From Candidatus Poribacteria bacterium (lineage in GTDB: Bacteria; Poribacteria; WGA-4E; WGA-3G), in contig CBDBFU010000004.1 of the NCBI GenBank assembly GCA_965205025.1, forward strand, positions 64,001-128,000: 64,000 nucleotides of DNA. Reading direction: 5' to 3'. The notes under the pieces are model-generated. The model saw only the letters and a list, made by a program, of their open reading frames with translations, had not been told where the DNA came from and ran no database searches. The translations under genes were made by a program, and so were the position numbers. Positions 29,501 to 40,045 of this stretch are shown here, in pieces. Within the stretch, counting starts at the first letter, position 1. Every line of letters starts with the position of its first letter.

Positions 29501-32500
29501 GATCCAATCGTTGCAGTGGCATGTATTTTATCCATTCTGATAGGTTTTTCAAATGTACCAATGTATATAGGATAATCATCAACTGTATGTGAATTAATGT
29601 CAATAATAGGTTCTGCTATACTACCATTAATATTTAGTTGCACTTTAACATTCCCGTTTAAAAATGTCGTATCTCTTGCAGAAAGATGGTTCACTACTTC
29701 ATTAGGTAAAGAGTTTTTCAGGATATTTGAGAAATTAGTTAATCCGATATCATCACCGTTGACATTCAGCTTGAGTTGCGATTTCTCAATGTTTTCTTGA
29801 TTGATTGTTATATCACCATCTACTTGAATGATATTATTCAATAAATCAAATGAGAATGGCAGAATATGTAGTTTATTATTATTATAATTAAACTCACCAT
29901 TAGCATTACTAATCCCAATATCTCCTGAATCAGTATTCCAAACTAAGGAGGGTATTTGCCAACTAACACTCACTATAGGATTGGTCAAAGTGCCTTGCAG
30001 TTTCAGATCATAATATGCTAATCCAGTAATCGGAAGATTTAATTCATTGACGAAAGCATTTAGTGTTAAGTCTTGGTTATGAGATGATACGATGTTAATC
30101 TTTTCAGTTTTTGCATCAATTGTACCTGCGATTTGTAGGAAGGGTTCCCGACCTTGACCTATAGCGAGGGAACTATCAGTGAATGTTATAATATCATCCA
30201 GAATTTCTATTCGAATAGGGTTGGGGTTTGAGAAATGTAATGAATTGTATTGAAGTTCAGTGTCGTTGATAACTATATCAACATCATACGGATATACCCG
30301 TCTTTCTGACTCCTCTTGCTTAGTAGATGCCAACTCAGCAATTGTGCCTTTGATTCTAACTATGCTGTCTGCTGTTCCTGTTATGGATTCGAGGGTAGGA
30401 TGGAAGATCCGTAAAATCGGTGCTGCAGCGATTTTCTTACTTATAGCTGTAAAGTCATAGGGATTGTCTGCACCAACACTCACTGTACCTTCTATATTGG
30501 TCGTATCTTCAAATGCTTTACCAACGAATTTAAAATATCCTGGATCAGTACTTTTCTCAGGTGGCTCTATTAATTTACCATGAACATACCCATCACCGAG
30601 AGGATTATTATTGAATGAAAGATCTGTAATGTGTATTGAAACTTCTGTAGAGGAAACATCTGGTTTTTTATAGAATGAGGTGACATTTACATTCATCATA
30701 CCATTGAATGGAAAATCATCAATACTTGCAGCAACAGCAATCTCAGACATTTTAATTGGATTGTCTTTATTATTCTTTAGACTAAAATCAAACTCACCTG
30801 TCTTAGATACATGTGTATTAAGAGTAACTAATTGATCCCGTGAAGTTATTTGGAAATCTTGGATAGTTAAGGAGGTATCATTAATATCTAATTGAAACTG
30901 CAATGGATCTAACTTAATTTCCCAAGCTACTCCAGATTCAACACTAAATTCTCCTCTACCATCAAGATGTGTAAGAGAATTGTAAAGATTTAACTCACCA
31001 GAGATGATCCCATCTATTGGATAATTATTCTTAAGAAGGATTCTGTTATAGTCTTGATCCAAAACGAGTTTTTCAGCAATTATTCTCATATTGACAGGGA
31101 GTTTCCCTTCCAACTTAACTTCACCCTCAATGGCTATTTTTGTGTCTCCATCAAAACCATTCTTTGTTAAGTATGCGTTTTCAAAATACACAGTACCATT
31201 CTGGTATTGATAATCCCCTGCCAATCGTCCCATTGGAATATAATCATTATCAAAGAAGGCATCTGGTATTTCAATATGTCCTGTAGCAGTCCTATCCTCT
31301 TTGATTTGTGTTGTAATCGTACCAATACCTTTTAGGGGTAATGTATTAGCAATTTCACAGAGCTTACCAAAGTCTACATTACTCAAGACCACCGTTGGAG
31401 TTTTAAGATTCCCATTAATATCAACATCAGATCCGTCTATTTTCCCATCTACCATTATTGCCAATGAATCATCAGATTCTGGTTTGATAGTACAATTTAG
31501 AGATGAATCCTGTAATTTGATAGTCTTAGTCCGAGTTAGTAAACTTGCATCTGATAGTTGTATATTTCCATTAAAATCAAAGTTTCCATTATTAGTATTA
31601 CCGGTTAGTTTTGCTGAACCAGAAATGATCCCAGATTTAATTTGTGGGACTGAAGATGGAATTTCAACCCAAATAGGAATAAGTGGTTTGAGTTGAACAT
31701 CAGATATATCCCAATTGCTCTTATAAGATATTGGATTTTTTACGAAGTGTTGGATTCTTTCGATAATATTCCCTTCAGATGAATTGTCAAATGTCAAACT
31801 ACCCGTGCCAGAAAGATTACCCTCTGCAATCTGTAGACTTAACTCATTAAATGTAATCATTGAATCTTCGTTTAATTCTAATGATGTATCAACAAATATA
31901 TTTGAAATGTCTATCCGTTTTGTGTTGGTTATTAATGGTGTCTTCAGATCTACCCTCTTCTCAATTAGCAATTTCGGTGCTACTACAATAATAGAACCAT
32001 TTAGAGTTGTGTTTGTTCCGTTAACCTCAATTGAAATCTTCCCATTCCCATTTAATTGTAGATCGTGAATAAAGAGTCTTTCAATATCTGCTGCGTCAAA
32101 ATCCAGCTCTGCGTTTAACTCCCATTTATTATTATTCCACTCACCACTCAAAATGAGATCTGAGTTGCCAAATTTCAGATGATGTTCTCGTAAATTACCC
32201 CCTGTTGACGATAGGTTAAATTGGATTTCCTTCTCTAAAGTGTCAACAGATAACTCTTCTCCATCTATAGAAAAACTACCTTTGCCAAAGATAAGTTTGC
32301 CAGAATGTCCGGATTCCTTTTGCTTTCCATCCACTTTTAAGGTGATGTCTGGGAGGTTAAACTGGGTATTATTCTTTTTATCAATGAAATTAATTTGACC
32401 CTTTTTGACATTGACATTTGAAATATCTAAGGTAAAAGATGAGTCCGATTCCTGAGATGATTCCCGTAATACTTGGGTAAGGTTGACCTGTCCTTCAGCA

Positions 32501-32862
32501 TTGCGACGTATGTTTAATTCAGGATAGTTTATTTCCAGACCTGAGATAACCAATTTGCGTCTAAGTAAACCAAAAAAATCGTAATTTAATACTATATCTG
32601 TTGTAGTGAGAACAGGAGGAGTATCAACATTTTTTTCTCTTATCCTAAACTCTTTAACTTCTATTCCAGTAAAAATATTTCCACTTAACCTATCAATATA
32701 TACAGTGTATTTAGCATCTATTTGATCCTCTATGACTCGGATTATGGGTTCTTTAAGAAATTCATCCAAGAAATAACTTGATCTAAGGAATAGAAATCCA
32801 AACAATCCAATTAGTAAAAAGCATATAGTAAATGCAAGTATTATTTTCTTTCTTCGTGTCAT
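26542..32862 (-). CDS. tamB: TamB/AsmA-like translocation and assembly module protein (2106 aa)
   Basis: N-terminal anchor, long Gly-rich beta repeats, C-terminal TamB-like region (FNPELDI). Adjacent to the Omp85 gene. Confidence 0.82.
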   Translation of the reverse strand: MTRRKKIILAFTICFLLIGLFGFLFLRSSYFLDEFLKEPIIRVIEDQIDAKYTVYIDRLSGNIFTGIEVKEFRIREKNVDTPPVLTTTDIVLNYDFFGLLRRKLVISGLEINYPELNIRRNAEGQVNLTQVLRESSQESDSSFTLDISNVNVKKGQINFIDKKNNTQFNLPDITLKVDGKQKESGHSGKLIFGKGSFSIDGEELSVDTLEKEIQFNLSSTGGNLREHHLKFGNSDLILSGEWNNNKWELNAELDFDAADIERLFIHDLQLNGNGKISIEVNGTNTTLNGSIIVVAPKLLIEKRVDLKTPLITNTKRIDISNIFVDTSLELNEDSMITFNELSLQIAEGNLSGTGSLTFDNSSEGNIIERIQHFVKNPISYKSNWDISDVQLKPLIPIWVEIPSSVPQIKSGIISGSAKLTGNTNNGNFDFNGNIQLSDASLLTRTKTIKLQDSSLNCTIKPESDDSLAIMVDGKIDGSDVDINGNLKTPTVVLSNVDFGKLCEIANTLPLKGIGTITTQIKEDRTATGHIEIPDAFFDNDYIPMGRLAGDYQYQNGTVYFENAYLTKNGFDGDTKIAIEGEVKLEGKLPVNMRIIAEKLVLDQDYNRILLKNNYPIDGIISGELNLYNSLTHLDGRGEFSVESGVAWEIKLDPLQFQLDINDTSLTIQDFQITSRDQLVTLNTHVSKTGEFDFSLKNNKDNPIKMSEIAVAASIDDFPFNGMMNVNVTSFYKKPDVSSTEVSIHITDLSFNNNPLGDGYVHGKLIEPPEKSTDPGYFKFVGKAFEDTTNIEGTVSVGADNPYDFTAISKKIAAAPILRIFHPTLESITGTADSIVRIKGTIAELASTKQEESERRVYPYDVDIVINDTELQYNSLHFSNPNPIRIEILDDIITFTDSSLAIGQGREPFLQIAGTIDAKTEKINIVSSHNQDLTLNAFVNELNLPITGLAYYDLKLQGTLTNPIVSVSWQIPSLVWNTDSGDIGISNANGEFNYNNNKLHILPFSFDLLNNIIQVDGDITINQENIEKSQLKLNVNGDDIGLTNFSNILKNSLPNEVVNHLSARDTTFLNGNVKVQLNINGSIAEPIIDINSHTVDDYPIYIGTFEKPIRMDKIHATATIGSELVGINDLLVNGQIGKSNIQVDGETSFSRINNKKINYTLAVSAEKLEIADFLKDFNVDSSLLTGNISGSMKISGNGFNYNDISMTSEIHELILNSHNIQITNITPIDLALKDSIITTLIPLRLTSPTLNSQVNIGIGGNIITPKIDVNWQGSLINLLHKQSNLPIQWSGNIQYLEKQITILSELNNNGHSLKLTGFIPFNLNLEKVSIRDRFIDLPINLQLAGNELPLTFFPGIDTIFAEADGVTDIKLSLNGTTQSPYMDGNVFIEARKVQTKALNQVLEKMRLQLKAREGLIELVQCKFEMGDGNFDLRKGELQLEGLMPKHLIIEDVSFTKYPLGSVLQKVLPSDFFKEVNGEVTTSISKMMLSFDSFFQQGEEIPIPKIVRSVNFDAISREAEAEFTIDHISFGFLYLDQQYEFTNPETVPFTLNTGTFRLKGLRLENTIPVNPNEVTNPLVLSCFGRLDLYGEIFANLKISNFNISTLNYFLPNEFTKLYKMNGMLSTTVSITGEYAAPNILIRLEGERLTINQAGIDEFSGEFRYDSLNQHWTIVEEKTQIRIGKNRVICSGSVPLNISLIESKIEPSSDPMDVRISVIMDQLGILPLIDPHVQSAVGEGNITATITGNVDASKISGHGNFNIDSLSIARSPIFFENLESTFEFTEQGIRFDEMKGQLNGGDFTANGNIITDWFQVQSVDVIGSMKNSIFTENEKYQIELSSENLHLTGMIADTKLNGDIRIHSGQYKQNWNWEDLLDSFSAGTVTDTDLLFYMPFIRNVTLDLGIDIPNKFHLLSSTGGHTDIEIKCRGQLTGAIQAPIFTGDLSILRGKISIITQIFEIQEGSTIRNLSDKSFNPELDIILMTPNPIRGVVLSDGSIADLMITATVTGKLENGDIGNAKVNLGAEPINSSTTVIFTDADVLALLSPGNSISRSFAGITFTISSGFDPKQRHIIGEYPLPFGNNMSIRMEGDEKGEFGVDLQLLERRF

Positions 32863-32887
32863 TCTTTATATTTAGGTTATTGTCCAA

Positions 32888-33715
32888 TCATTGATAAAAA
32901 ATACTATGGGCGGTATCCACAACCTCAGTTACGTAATCGGTAATAAATGCTAAATGTTGTTCTACCTTAGAATTATGATCTTCTGTGTTAGTTTGTTTTT
33001 GTGCCCACAACAAATATTCAATATTCTTAATATCTTGGTGAATTGGTGAAAAACTTATCCCTTTTGTCCATAAAGAACAAGTTTCTTGTAGATAAACGAT
33101 TAATTCTATCAAGGTTTCCCTATGTACATTAGGATCATCAACAATACCGCCTTTTTTGACATATACACGTCCAGCTTCAAACTGTGGTTTTACAAGTGCA
33201 ATTATTTCAGTAATCTCTAACGTATCAAGTACTACTGGGATTACTTTACGCAAAGAAATAAATGAGACATCGAACACAGCGATATCAAGTGGATGTGAAA
33301 ATAAATCCGGTTTTATGTGTCGTATATTCGTCTTATCCAGTATTTCTACACGAGGATCTTTTCTAAGCTTCCACGCAAGTTGTCCGTAACCTACATCAAC
33401 AGCGTATACAAAAGCAATTTCATGTTGAAGTAAACAATCAGTAAAACCCCCAGTAGAAGCACCGACATCAATTGCGACTTTGCCCTTTACAACAATATGA
33501 AAATCTTGCAATGCCTTCTCTAACTTGAACCCTCCCCGACTGACATATCTTGATGGGGTAGCAATCTCAATTTCAGCTTCAGGAGAAATACGTTGTCCAG
33601 GTTTTAGGTTTGAATTGTTATTTACCTTGACAGCACCAGCCAATACAAGTCGTTTTGCTTGAAGACGAGTTTCTGCCAAGCCTTTCTGGACAATAAGAAC
33701 ATCTAACCTTTCCAT
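32888..33715 (-). CDS. tlyA: TlyA rRNA 2'-O-methyltransferase
   Basis: S4 domain, YVSRGG.KL, DVGASTGGFTD, DVSFISL, LVKPQFE. Confidence 0.95.
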   Translation of the reverse strand: MERLDVLIVQKGLAETRLQAKRLVLAGAVKVNNNSNLKPGQRISPEAEIEIATPSRYVSRGGFKLEKALQDFHIVVKGKVAIDVGASTGGFTDCLLQHEIAFVYAVDVGYGQLAWKLRKDPRVEILDKTNIRHIKPDLFSHPLDIAVFDVSFISLRKVIPVVLDTLEITEIIALVKPQFEAGRVYVKKGGIVDDPNVHRETLIELIVYLQETCSLWTKGISFSPIHQDIKNIEYLLWAQKQTNTEDHNSKVEQHLAFITDYVTEVVDTAHSIFYQ

Positions 33716-33770
33716 TCCTGATAGTTTCCTATGTAAAAAACACTAATGATCTCAATCCGTCCCAACCGAT

Positions 33771-34994
33771 TCAATCAGTTTTGCTTTTTAATAATGAGCT
33801 AACGGTAATATCTTTTAGTATTTCTGAATGCGTGTGCTGTAATTCACTAAATATCTCTCTTAACTTTGAGGATGTTGGTAATATCTTCGAAAAATTTTCT
33901 GTAAGTTCTCCATCAACTACTTCTATAATAGAATATAATGTAATTTCACTTAACGAACATGCTGGAAGATATCCTTTTGTATCCCCTTCTACTTCATATA
34001 TTAAGTCCAAATTTTTAAATCGTTTAAATACTCTCTGTACGATTGATTCTGGAACCCCTACTGTTGCAGCGATGTCTGATGGTAGACATGCACCTTTACC
34101 TTCATGGAAATGATTAGCAGCAACAAGGAATAATGTAATTATACCTTGTAAATTGATATACTCACTATTATCATTTATCTGTTTTCCATATATACCATTC
34201 TGATGATTGGTATGCTGCGTTGCATGGGTCACTTCAACACCCAATAGAATCACAATCCATGTGGCATAAATCCAAATTGCTAATAATACTAATAATGCAA
34301 ATGTACCGTATATTTCACTGTAATTATTGTAAACCAACTCAAAATAATAACTAAAGACAATCCGCGCAATTTGAAATAGCGTACCAGCTATAATTGCCCC
34401 CGTAAGAGCAGCTTTCCATTTGACGCTGGTGTTTGGTAATGCGGTATACATGAAAAAGAACAAACAATAGATAAGAAACCATGGAAAAAAGTTCGCCAAT
34501 AATCTGTTATCCACAGTCGAAAAAATAAAGAATATTGCCAGTGGTCCTACCAAAAGCAACATACAAAGAACTGAGTATTTTTGAAATGCTCTTATAAATG
34601 GCAGACGTTGTCTACTTCTCCATATAGTATTGAAATGTTCTTCAATAGACATAAAGAGGATTACAGATACTACGAGGAATAAGAGGAAACCACCAACACC
34701 AAGGCTGGTAAGATTTCGAGTAGCAAATTCAGAGATCCCAGCAACAATTTCTTCTGCCCCATAGTGTGGAAAGAAGTCATTCAATGCAGCAATTAAGGGA
34801 GAATCTTTATTTTCAACTACTCCGAATGTTTTTAGCAAGAAAAGTGCTACTGCTGAGAGGGGTATGAAACTGAGAAGGGAGTTAAATGCAAGTGAGGCTG
34901 CTTGATGTAAACATTTATCCTGCTTAAATTGCGATAATATATTTGCACTGATACCCAATACATAGGTAGAGAACGACCTAAATGTGTGATACAT
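33771..34994 (-). CDS. YihY/BrkB family membrane protein with C-terminal winged-helix (Rrf2-like) domain
   Basis: AASLAF..LLSFIP, FNTIW, YSEIYGTFA, followed by a soluble HTH-like tail. Confidence 0.85.
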   Translation of the reverse strand: MYHTFRSFSTYVLGISANILSQFKQDKCLHQAASLAFNSLLSFIPLSAVALFLLKTFGVVENKDSPLIAALNDFFPHYGAEEIVAGISEFATRNLTSLGVGGFLLFLVVSVILFMSIEEHFNTIWRSRQRLPFIRAFQKYSVLCMLLLVGPLAIFFIFSTVDNRLLANFFPWFLIYCLFFFMYTALPNTSVKWKAALTGAIIAGTLFQIARIVFSYYFELVYNNYSEIYGTFALLVLLAIWIYATWIVILLGVEVTHATQHTNHQNGIYGKQINDNSEYINLQGIITLFLVAANHFHEGKGACLPSDIAATVGVPESIVQRVFKRFKNLDLIYEVEGDTKGYLPACSLSEITLYSIIEVVDGELTENFSKILPTSSKLREIFSELQHTHSEILKDITVSSLLKSKTD

Positions 34995-35143
34995 TTTGTA
35001 TATTTAGATGATATAAGCATTAAACCAAATTGACTGTAAAATGAATCTCATATCCCATTATCAAACGGATTCGAATCGACTATTTCCATATAATGTCTAA
35101 AATTCGACTCAATCTTAATTTAGCCCACACAATTCAATCTATT

Positions 35144-37003
35144 TTAAGATTTTACCGCTAAAGCAATACCTGCTCGGATAATCGCTTGCGTATCATAACC
35201 ATAACGGCTGTATAGAGTTTCAACATCTCCGTGTTCTATAAATCGATCTGGTACACCAAGGGTAGTCACACGAACATTTGTAAGACCTTCAGCTGCCAGT
35301 GTTTCAAGTACAGCACTCCCAAAACCTCCCATTAATGCCCCATCTTCTACTGTAATAATCTTGCCGATTTGTCTTGCTAAATCTACGATTAATGTCTTAT
35401 CTATAGGTTTAATAAAACGTGCATTTACAACTGTAGTATTGATTCCTGTTTCGTTTAAAGTTTGTGCTGCTTCAAGTGCAGGATATACCCTATTTCCAAT
35501 TGCCAAAATGACTAAATCCTCACCTTCACGGCATATCTCAGCTTGCCCAATTGATAGAGGAGTAGGGTCGTTTGTCAACTTAACCCCTATTCCTGTTCCC
35601 CGTGGATAACGTAACGCAATAGGACCTAATTCATAGGTTAGTACGGTTTTTAGCATGTGTTGTAATTCGTTCTCATCCTTTGGTGCCATTGACACGATAT
35701 TTGGAATAGCTCTGAGATATGAAATATCAAAAACACCATGATGAGTAGGTCCATCTGCCCCAACTAACCCGGCACGATCAAGTGCGAATATAACCGGTAA
35801 ATTTTGAATACAAACATCGTGAAGAACTTGATCGTATCCTCGTTGTAGAAAGGTTGAGTAGATTGCAACCACAGGTTTTAACCCTTCAGTCGCGAGTCCA
35901 GCAGCAAATGTGACAGCACATTGTTCTGCTAACCCAATATCAAAACATCGATCAGGAAATACTTCTGAGAATTTATCTAATCCTGTTCCGCCTAACATGG
36001 CTGCCGTCACGCCAATAATTCGAGAATCTTGCTTGGCTTCTTCAATAAGTGTATTGCTAAAAACATCGGTATATTTAGGAGTAGCAGAGGAAGGTCGGAG
36101 TGATTTACCTGTCTCCAAATCAAATTGCCCACTAACACTATAAAACCCTTCAGGATCTTCTTCAGCAGGTTTAAACCCCTTTCCTTTCTTTGTTACCACA
36201 TGGACCAAAATAGGTCCGGTTAACTCTCGTATCCCTGTCAAAACAGGGATAAGTGATTCTAAATCGTTACCGTCAAGAGGACCAAAATACCGAAAACCAA
36301 ATTCCTCAAATAAAGTGCCAGGTTTTAGTGAAGCCTCAATTTTCTGTGCAAGTGCTTTGGCATCAGATGATATAAAATTCACTAATTCCTTAGCACCTGA
36401 TCGAAGGCGATTATATCCGCGTGAACTAATCAATTTATGAAAATGTTTAGAGAACGCACCAACAGTAGGTGAAATAGACATCTGATTGTCATTTAGGATA
36501 ACTAACATATCCTTCTTGTAATCCCCAGCGGTATTTAATCCTTCAAGTGCCATACCTCCTGTTAATCCACCATCACCAATAATTGCAATAACCTTAAAGT
36601 CATCATTGTTTACATCACGAGCTGCTGCAACACCTAATGCAGCAGCAATTGATGTACTCGAATGTCCTGCCCCAAATACATCATACTTACTTTCTTCACG
36701 ACTTAGGAATCCACTTATTCCATCGGTTTGACGCAAAGTATCAAATACATCAAGTCGACCTGTAAGTAATTTATGTGGGTAAGCTTGGTGTCCTATATCC
36801 CAAATTACTTTATCATAAGGAGTATCAAAGACAGTGTGTATAGCGATTGCGAGTTCTACGGTACCAAAGTTGGGTGCAAAATGCCCCGGATGTTTAGATA
36901 AGACAGTCAAGAGTTGGGCGCGCATTTCCTGGGCAAGTGTTTTTAATTCGGATATCTTGAGATTCTTAAGGTCAGAAGGATCCTTTATTTTCTCTAATAC
37001 CAT
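35144..37003 (-). CDS. dxs: 1-deoxy-D-xylulose-5-phosphate synthase
   Basis: WDIGHQAYPHK, GHSSTSI, GDGGLTGG, DRAGLVGADGPTH. ATG 37003 after a GGAG RBS is preferred over 37045. Confidence 0.97.
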   Translation of the reverse strand: MVLEKIKDPSDLKNLKISELKTLAQEMRAQLLTVLSKHPGHFAPNFGTVELAIAIHTVFDTPYDKVIWDIGHQAYPHKLLTGRLDVFDTLRQTDGISGFLSREESKYDVFGAGHSSTSIAAALGVAAARDVNNDDFKVIAIIGDGGLTGGMALEGLNTAGDYKKDMLVILNDNQMSISPTVGAFSKHFHKLISSRGYNRLRSGAKELVNFISSDAKALAQKIEASLKPGTLFEEFGFRYFGPLDGNDLESLIPVLTGIRELTGPILVHVVTKKGKGFKPAEEDPEGFYSVSGQFDLETGKSLRPSSATPKYTDVFSNTLIEEAKQDSRIIGVTAAMLGGTGLDKFSEVFPDRCFDIGLAEQCAVTFAAGLATEGLKPVVAIYSTFLQRGYDQVLHDVCIQNLPVIFALDRAGLVGADGPTHHGVFDISYLRAIPNIVSMAPKDENELQHMLKTVLTYELGPIALRYPRGTGIGVKLTNDPTPLSIGQAEICREGEDLVILAIGNRVYPALEAAQTLNETGINTTVVNARFIKPIDKTLIVDLARQIGKIITVEDGALMGGFGSAVLETLAAEGLTNVRVTTLGVPDRFIEHGDVETLYSRYGYDTQAIIRAGIALAVKS

Positions 37004-37004
37004 C

Positions 37005-37232
37005 CTATTCTCCGTTTTCAAAATCTTCCATCGGATCGGATTCATCCTCAGTCACTTCTTCAGTTACATTTTGTATTCTTAACTCTGCCTGTTTAAGAAG
37101 TTCTTTGCAGGAACGTACTAAACCAACACCTTCTTCAAACAAGTTTAGAGAAGCATCTAACTCCATCGTTTCTGGGGACTCTAATTCTTCAACTATATTT
37201 TTTAATCTTTCAAGTTTTTCTTCAAATGTCAA
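37005..37232 (-). CDS. xseB: Exodeoxyribonuclease VII small subunit
   Basis: TFEEKLERLKNIVEELE..LDASL.LFEEG; follows xseA. Confidence 0.93.
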   Translation of the reverse strand: MTFEEKLERLKNIVEELESPETMELDASLNLFEEGVGLVRSCKELLKQAELRIQNVTEEVTEDESDPMEDFENGE

Positions 37233-37246
37233 TATATTCTCCTTAA

Positions 37247-38488
37247 CTATTCATTAAAACTCTCATCAACAGTACACCTGAGACTTCCTTTTGATAAAGT
37301 TACATCAAGTCCATCACCTTTGAATAACTGATGACTCGATGTTATAATTTCGCCAGACAAATTCCTGGAAATACTATATCCACGTTCAAGAGTTGCTAAG
37401 GGACTTACACCATGTAGTCTCGCAGACATAGACTGTAGGTTATTACTTTCAGACTTAAGTTTTTCAGTAATTGCTCTCTGATACGCTGCTTCCAAATCAT
37501 CAATTGACTGGGATAGATTATTAATGGCGTCTCTTCGTCTTTCTGGGGAAAGTCTGGAGTTTAGATCTGTTAGTATTCCTTTAAGACCACTTAATTGATT
37601 CTGTGATGCATTCGTCAACCGTTGTAACCACTGTTCAAGTTGAGTAATTAGTTCATCTTTATCTGGAACAACATGCTCCGCAGCAGCGGTTGGGGTGGGA
37701 GATCGATGATCAGCGACTAAATCTGAAATAGTAAAATCTATTTCATGTCCGACAGCAGAAACAATCGGAATCTCAGAAGCAAAAATAGCTCGTGCAACAA
37801 TTTCTTCATTAAAAGCCCAAAGATCTTCAATTGAACCACCACCACGACCTACGATCAAGACCTCAATGTCCTTTCTCCTATTCATCGCATTTATAGCTTT
37901 AACTATTTGGCGTGGTGCTTTATCTCCTTGAACTGAAGTTGGATACAGCAGAAGTTCTGCTATAGGATAGCGTTTTTGAATCCGTTGATATATATCCTGA
38001 ATAGCTGCTCCTGTTGCAGAAGTAATAACTCCAATTTTCTGTGGATATCTTGGTAATGGTTTTTTGTGAATGTCATTAAATAGACCTTCTTCTGCGAGTT
38101 TTTGCTTGAGTTGCTCAAATGCTCTCTGGAGTGCACCTTCACCAAGTGGTTCTATAGTGTTTATTTTTATCTGATAGTGGCTACTTGCTGGATATATATC
38201 AATTTTACCTTGTACCAATACTTCCTCTCCATCCCGGAGTTGAAACTTAAGTTTTGCAGCATTGTTGCGAAACATGACAGCATTTAAGATATTGTTTCCA
38301 TCTTTTAAAGAGAAATATATATGACCAGATGAAGGTCGTCTTAGATTTGATATTTCTCCTTTAACCCAAACATCACTTAATTGCGGATGTTTCTGGAGTA
38401 TACGACTTATAGTCCTGATTATTTGTGATACAGAGTATATAGTTCGAGGTATTGGTATATCTAATTGCATACTTGTCAAATAATTCAC
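37247..38488 (-). CDS. xseA: Exodeoxyribonuclease VII large subunit
   Basis: GEISN..SGHIYFSLKD, RGGGSIEDLWAFN, SAVGHEIDFT. Confidence 0.97.
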   Translation of the reverse strand: MNYLTSMQLDIPIPRTIYSVSQIIRTISRILQKHPQLSDVWVKGEISNLRRPSSGHIYFSLKDGNNILNAVMFRNNAAKLKFQLRDGEEVLVQGKIDIYPASSHYQIKINTIEPLGEGALQRAFEQLKQKLAEEGLFNDIHKKPLPRYPQKIGVITSATGAAIQDIYQRIQKRYPIAELLLYPTSVQGDKAPRQIVKAINAMNRRKDIEVLIVGRGGGSIEDLWAFNEEIVARAIFASEIPIVSAVGHEIDFTISDLVADHRSPTPTAAAEHVVPDKDELITQLEQWLQRLTNASQNQLSGLKGILTDLNSRLSPERRRDAINNLSQSIDDLEAAYQRAITEKLKSESNNLQSMSARLHGVSPLATLERGYSISRNLSGEIITSSHQLFKGDGLDVTLSKGSLRCTVDESFNE

Positions 38489-38514
38489 TAAGTGATATAA
38501 ACTAATCTAAGCAG

Positions 38515-39300
38515 TTATATTTTGTATTGAATCCTTTGAATACTTTCAGCTAAACCGGTGTTATCATCCAATGTAATATCTACAGCATTAAGTCTGATAT
38601 TGTCTTTTGCCACAACAAAACGAGTTGGCATCATTGTTAGAAAACTCTCAACAACTTGCTCTCTTTTACTACCAATTACCGAATCATGAGGTCCGGTCAT
38701 ACCTACATCTGTAATATAAGCGGTACCCTTAGGTAAGACCCGTTCATCCGCTGTTTGTACATGTGTGTGTGTACCAATTACAGCTCCAATTTTGCCGTCT
38801 GCATGCCATCCCATTGCTATTTTCTCAGATGTTGCCTCAGCATGAAAATCCAAAATAACGAATGGTGTTTCTGCCTTAACTTCAGTTAATATGGAATTCA
38901 ACGCATGAAATGGATTAGCATATCTATTCATAAATATCTGACCAGCAAGATTGATAACTGCAAGTTTTGTACTCCCATCAACAGAAGGAACTATTGTCAC
39001 TCCTTTTCCCAGTATTTCTGTCGGATAATTGGCAGGACGAATAAGTTGCGGGGTAGTATCAATAAAGTCAAAGATATCTTTGTTATCCCAAACATGATTC
39101 CCTGTTGTAATCGCAGAAACACCGGATGCTAACAGTTGGTCTACAATTTCAAATGTAATTCCTTTACCACCTGCAGCATTTTCACCATTCGCAACTATGT
39201 AGTCGTATGTAATAGAGGATTTATTAAGTTCTTTTAGATATTCAGTTGTTGCTTTCCTTCCGGGGTTTCCGACAATATCACCAATAAAAAGTATTCTCAT
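38515..39300 (-). CDS. ymdB: TIGR00282/YmdB metallophosphoesterase
   Basis: GDIVG, NGENAAGG, GNHVWD, DFHAEATSEK, GTHTHV. Confidence 0.93.
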   Translation of the reverse strand: MRILFIGDIVGNPGRKATTEYLKELNKSSITYDYIVANGENAAGGKGITFEIVDQLLASGVSAITTGNHVWDNKDIFDFIDTTPQLIRPANYPTEILGKGVTIVPSVDGSTKLAVINLAGQIFMNRYANPFHALNSILTEVKAETPFVILDFHAEATSEKIAMGWHADGKIGAVIGTHTHVQTADERVLPKGTAYITDVGMTGPHDSVIGSKREQVVESFLTMMPTRFVVAKDNIRLNAVDITLDDNTGLAESIQRIQYKI

Positions 39301-39501
39301 TTTATTCCCGTATTTATTTAAGTGTTTATAATTGGTTTATGGTATATATTCTGTGTGCTTATTGTAATTTTATTTTGATTTATGCAGAAATAACAAACGA
39401 TATATTAGTTTATGGTGAAGTTGAAATATACACTTTTTACCACGGTAGGTGTTGAATGTATAATTAATTCTAAGACTATCATAGTTAATTTCATAAATGG
39501 T

Positions 39502-40023
39502 CTATACTGATTCAAGTTCAGCAAGAGTAAAGACTGATGCGAAATTACACCCAATTGCTTCTATCTTTTCACTACCACCCGATTGTCTGTCAATAACTGA
39601 AACCACATGTTCTACTATGTATCCTTCATCTCTAATTTGAGCTACGGATGTGCACACCTGACCAGCTGTTGTAATCACATCTTCAATTACAACAAGTGAA
39701 CTTCCCTTTTCTACACCCCCTTCAATTAAATTACAAGTACCATATTTTTTCGCTTCCTTACGTACAAAACAACTCGGAATTCCTGTCTGTAAAGAGATAG
39801 CTGTGGCAAGTGGAATTCCTCCCAACTCTAATCCTGCCAATCCATCGATAGAATTCGGCAAGAGATTTATCATCTCATTCGCAATTTCTCTCAATAAGTT
39901 TGGATTACTTTCAAAGCGATATTTATCCCAATAGAAATTGCTTATATTTCCAGAACGAAGTATAAATTCTCCTGTAAGATAAGAAACTAACTTAAGCTGT
40001 TTAGCCAATTCAAACTTTGTCAT
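39502..40023 (-). CDS. pyrE: Orotate phosphoribosyltransferase
   Basis: GEFILRSG, GLELGGIP, RKEAKKYG, IEDVITTAG. Confidence 0.92.
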   Translation of the reverse strand: MTKFELAKQLKLVSYLTGEFILRSGNISNFYWDKYRFESNPNLLREIANEMINLLPNSIDGLAGLELGGIPLATAISLQTGIPSCFVRKEAKKYGTCNLIEGGVEKGSSLVVIEDVITTAGQVCTSVAQIRDEGYIVEHVVSVIDRQSGGSEKIEAIGCNFASVFTLAELESV

Positions 40024-40045
40024 TAAGAGTCACCAATCAACCTAT

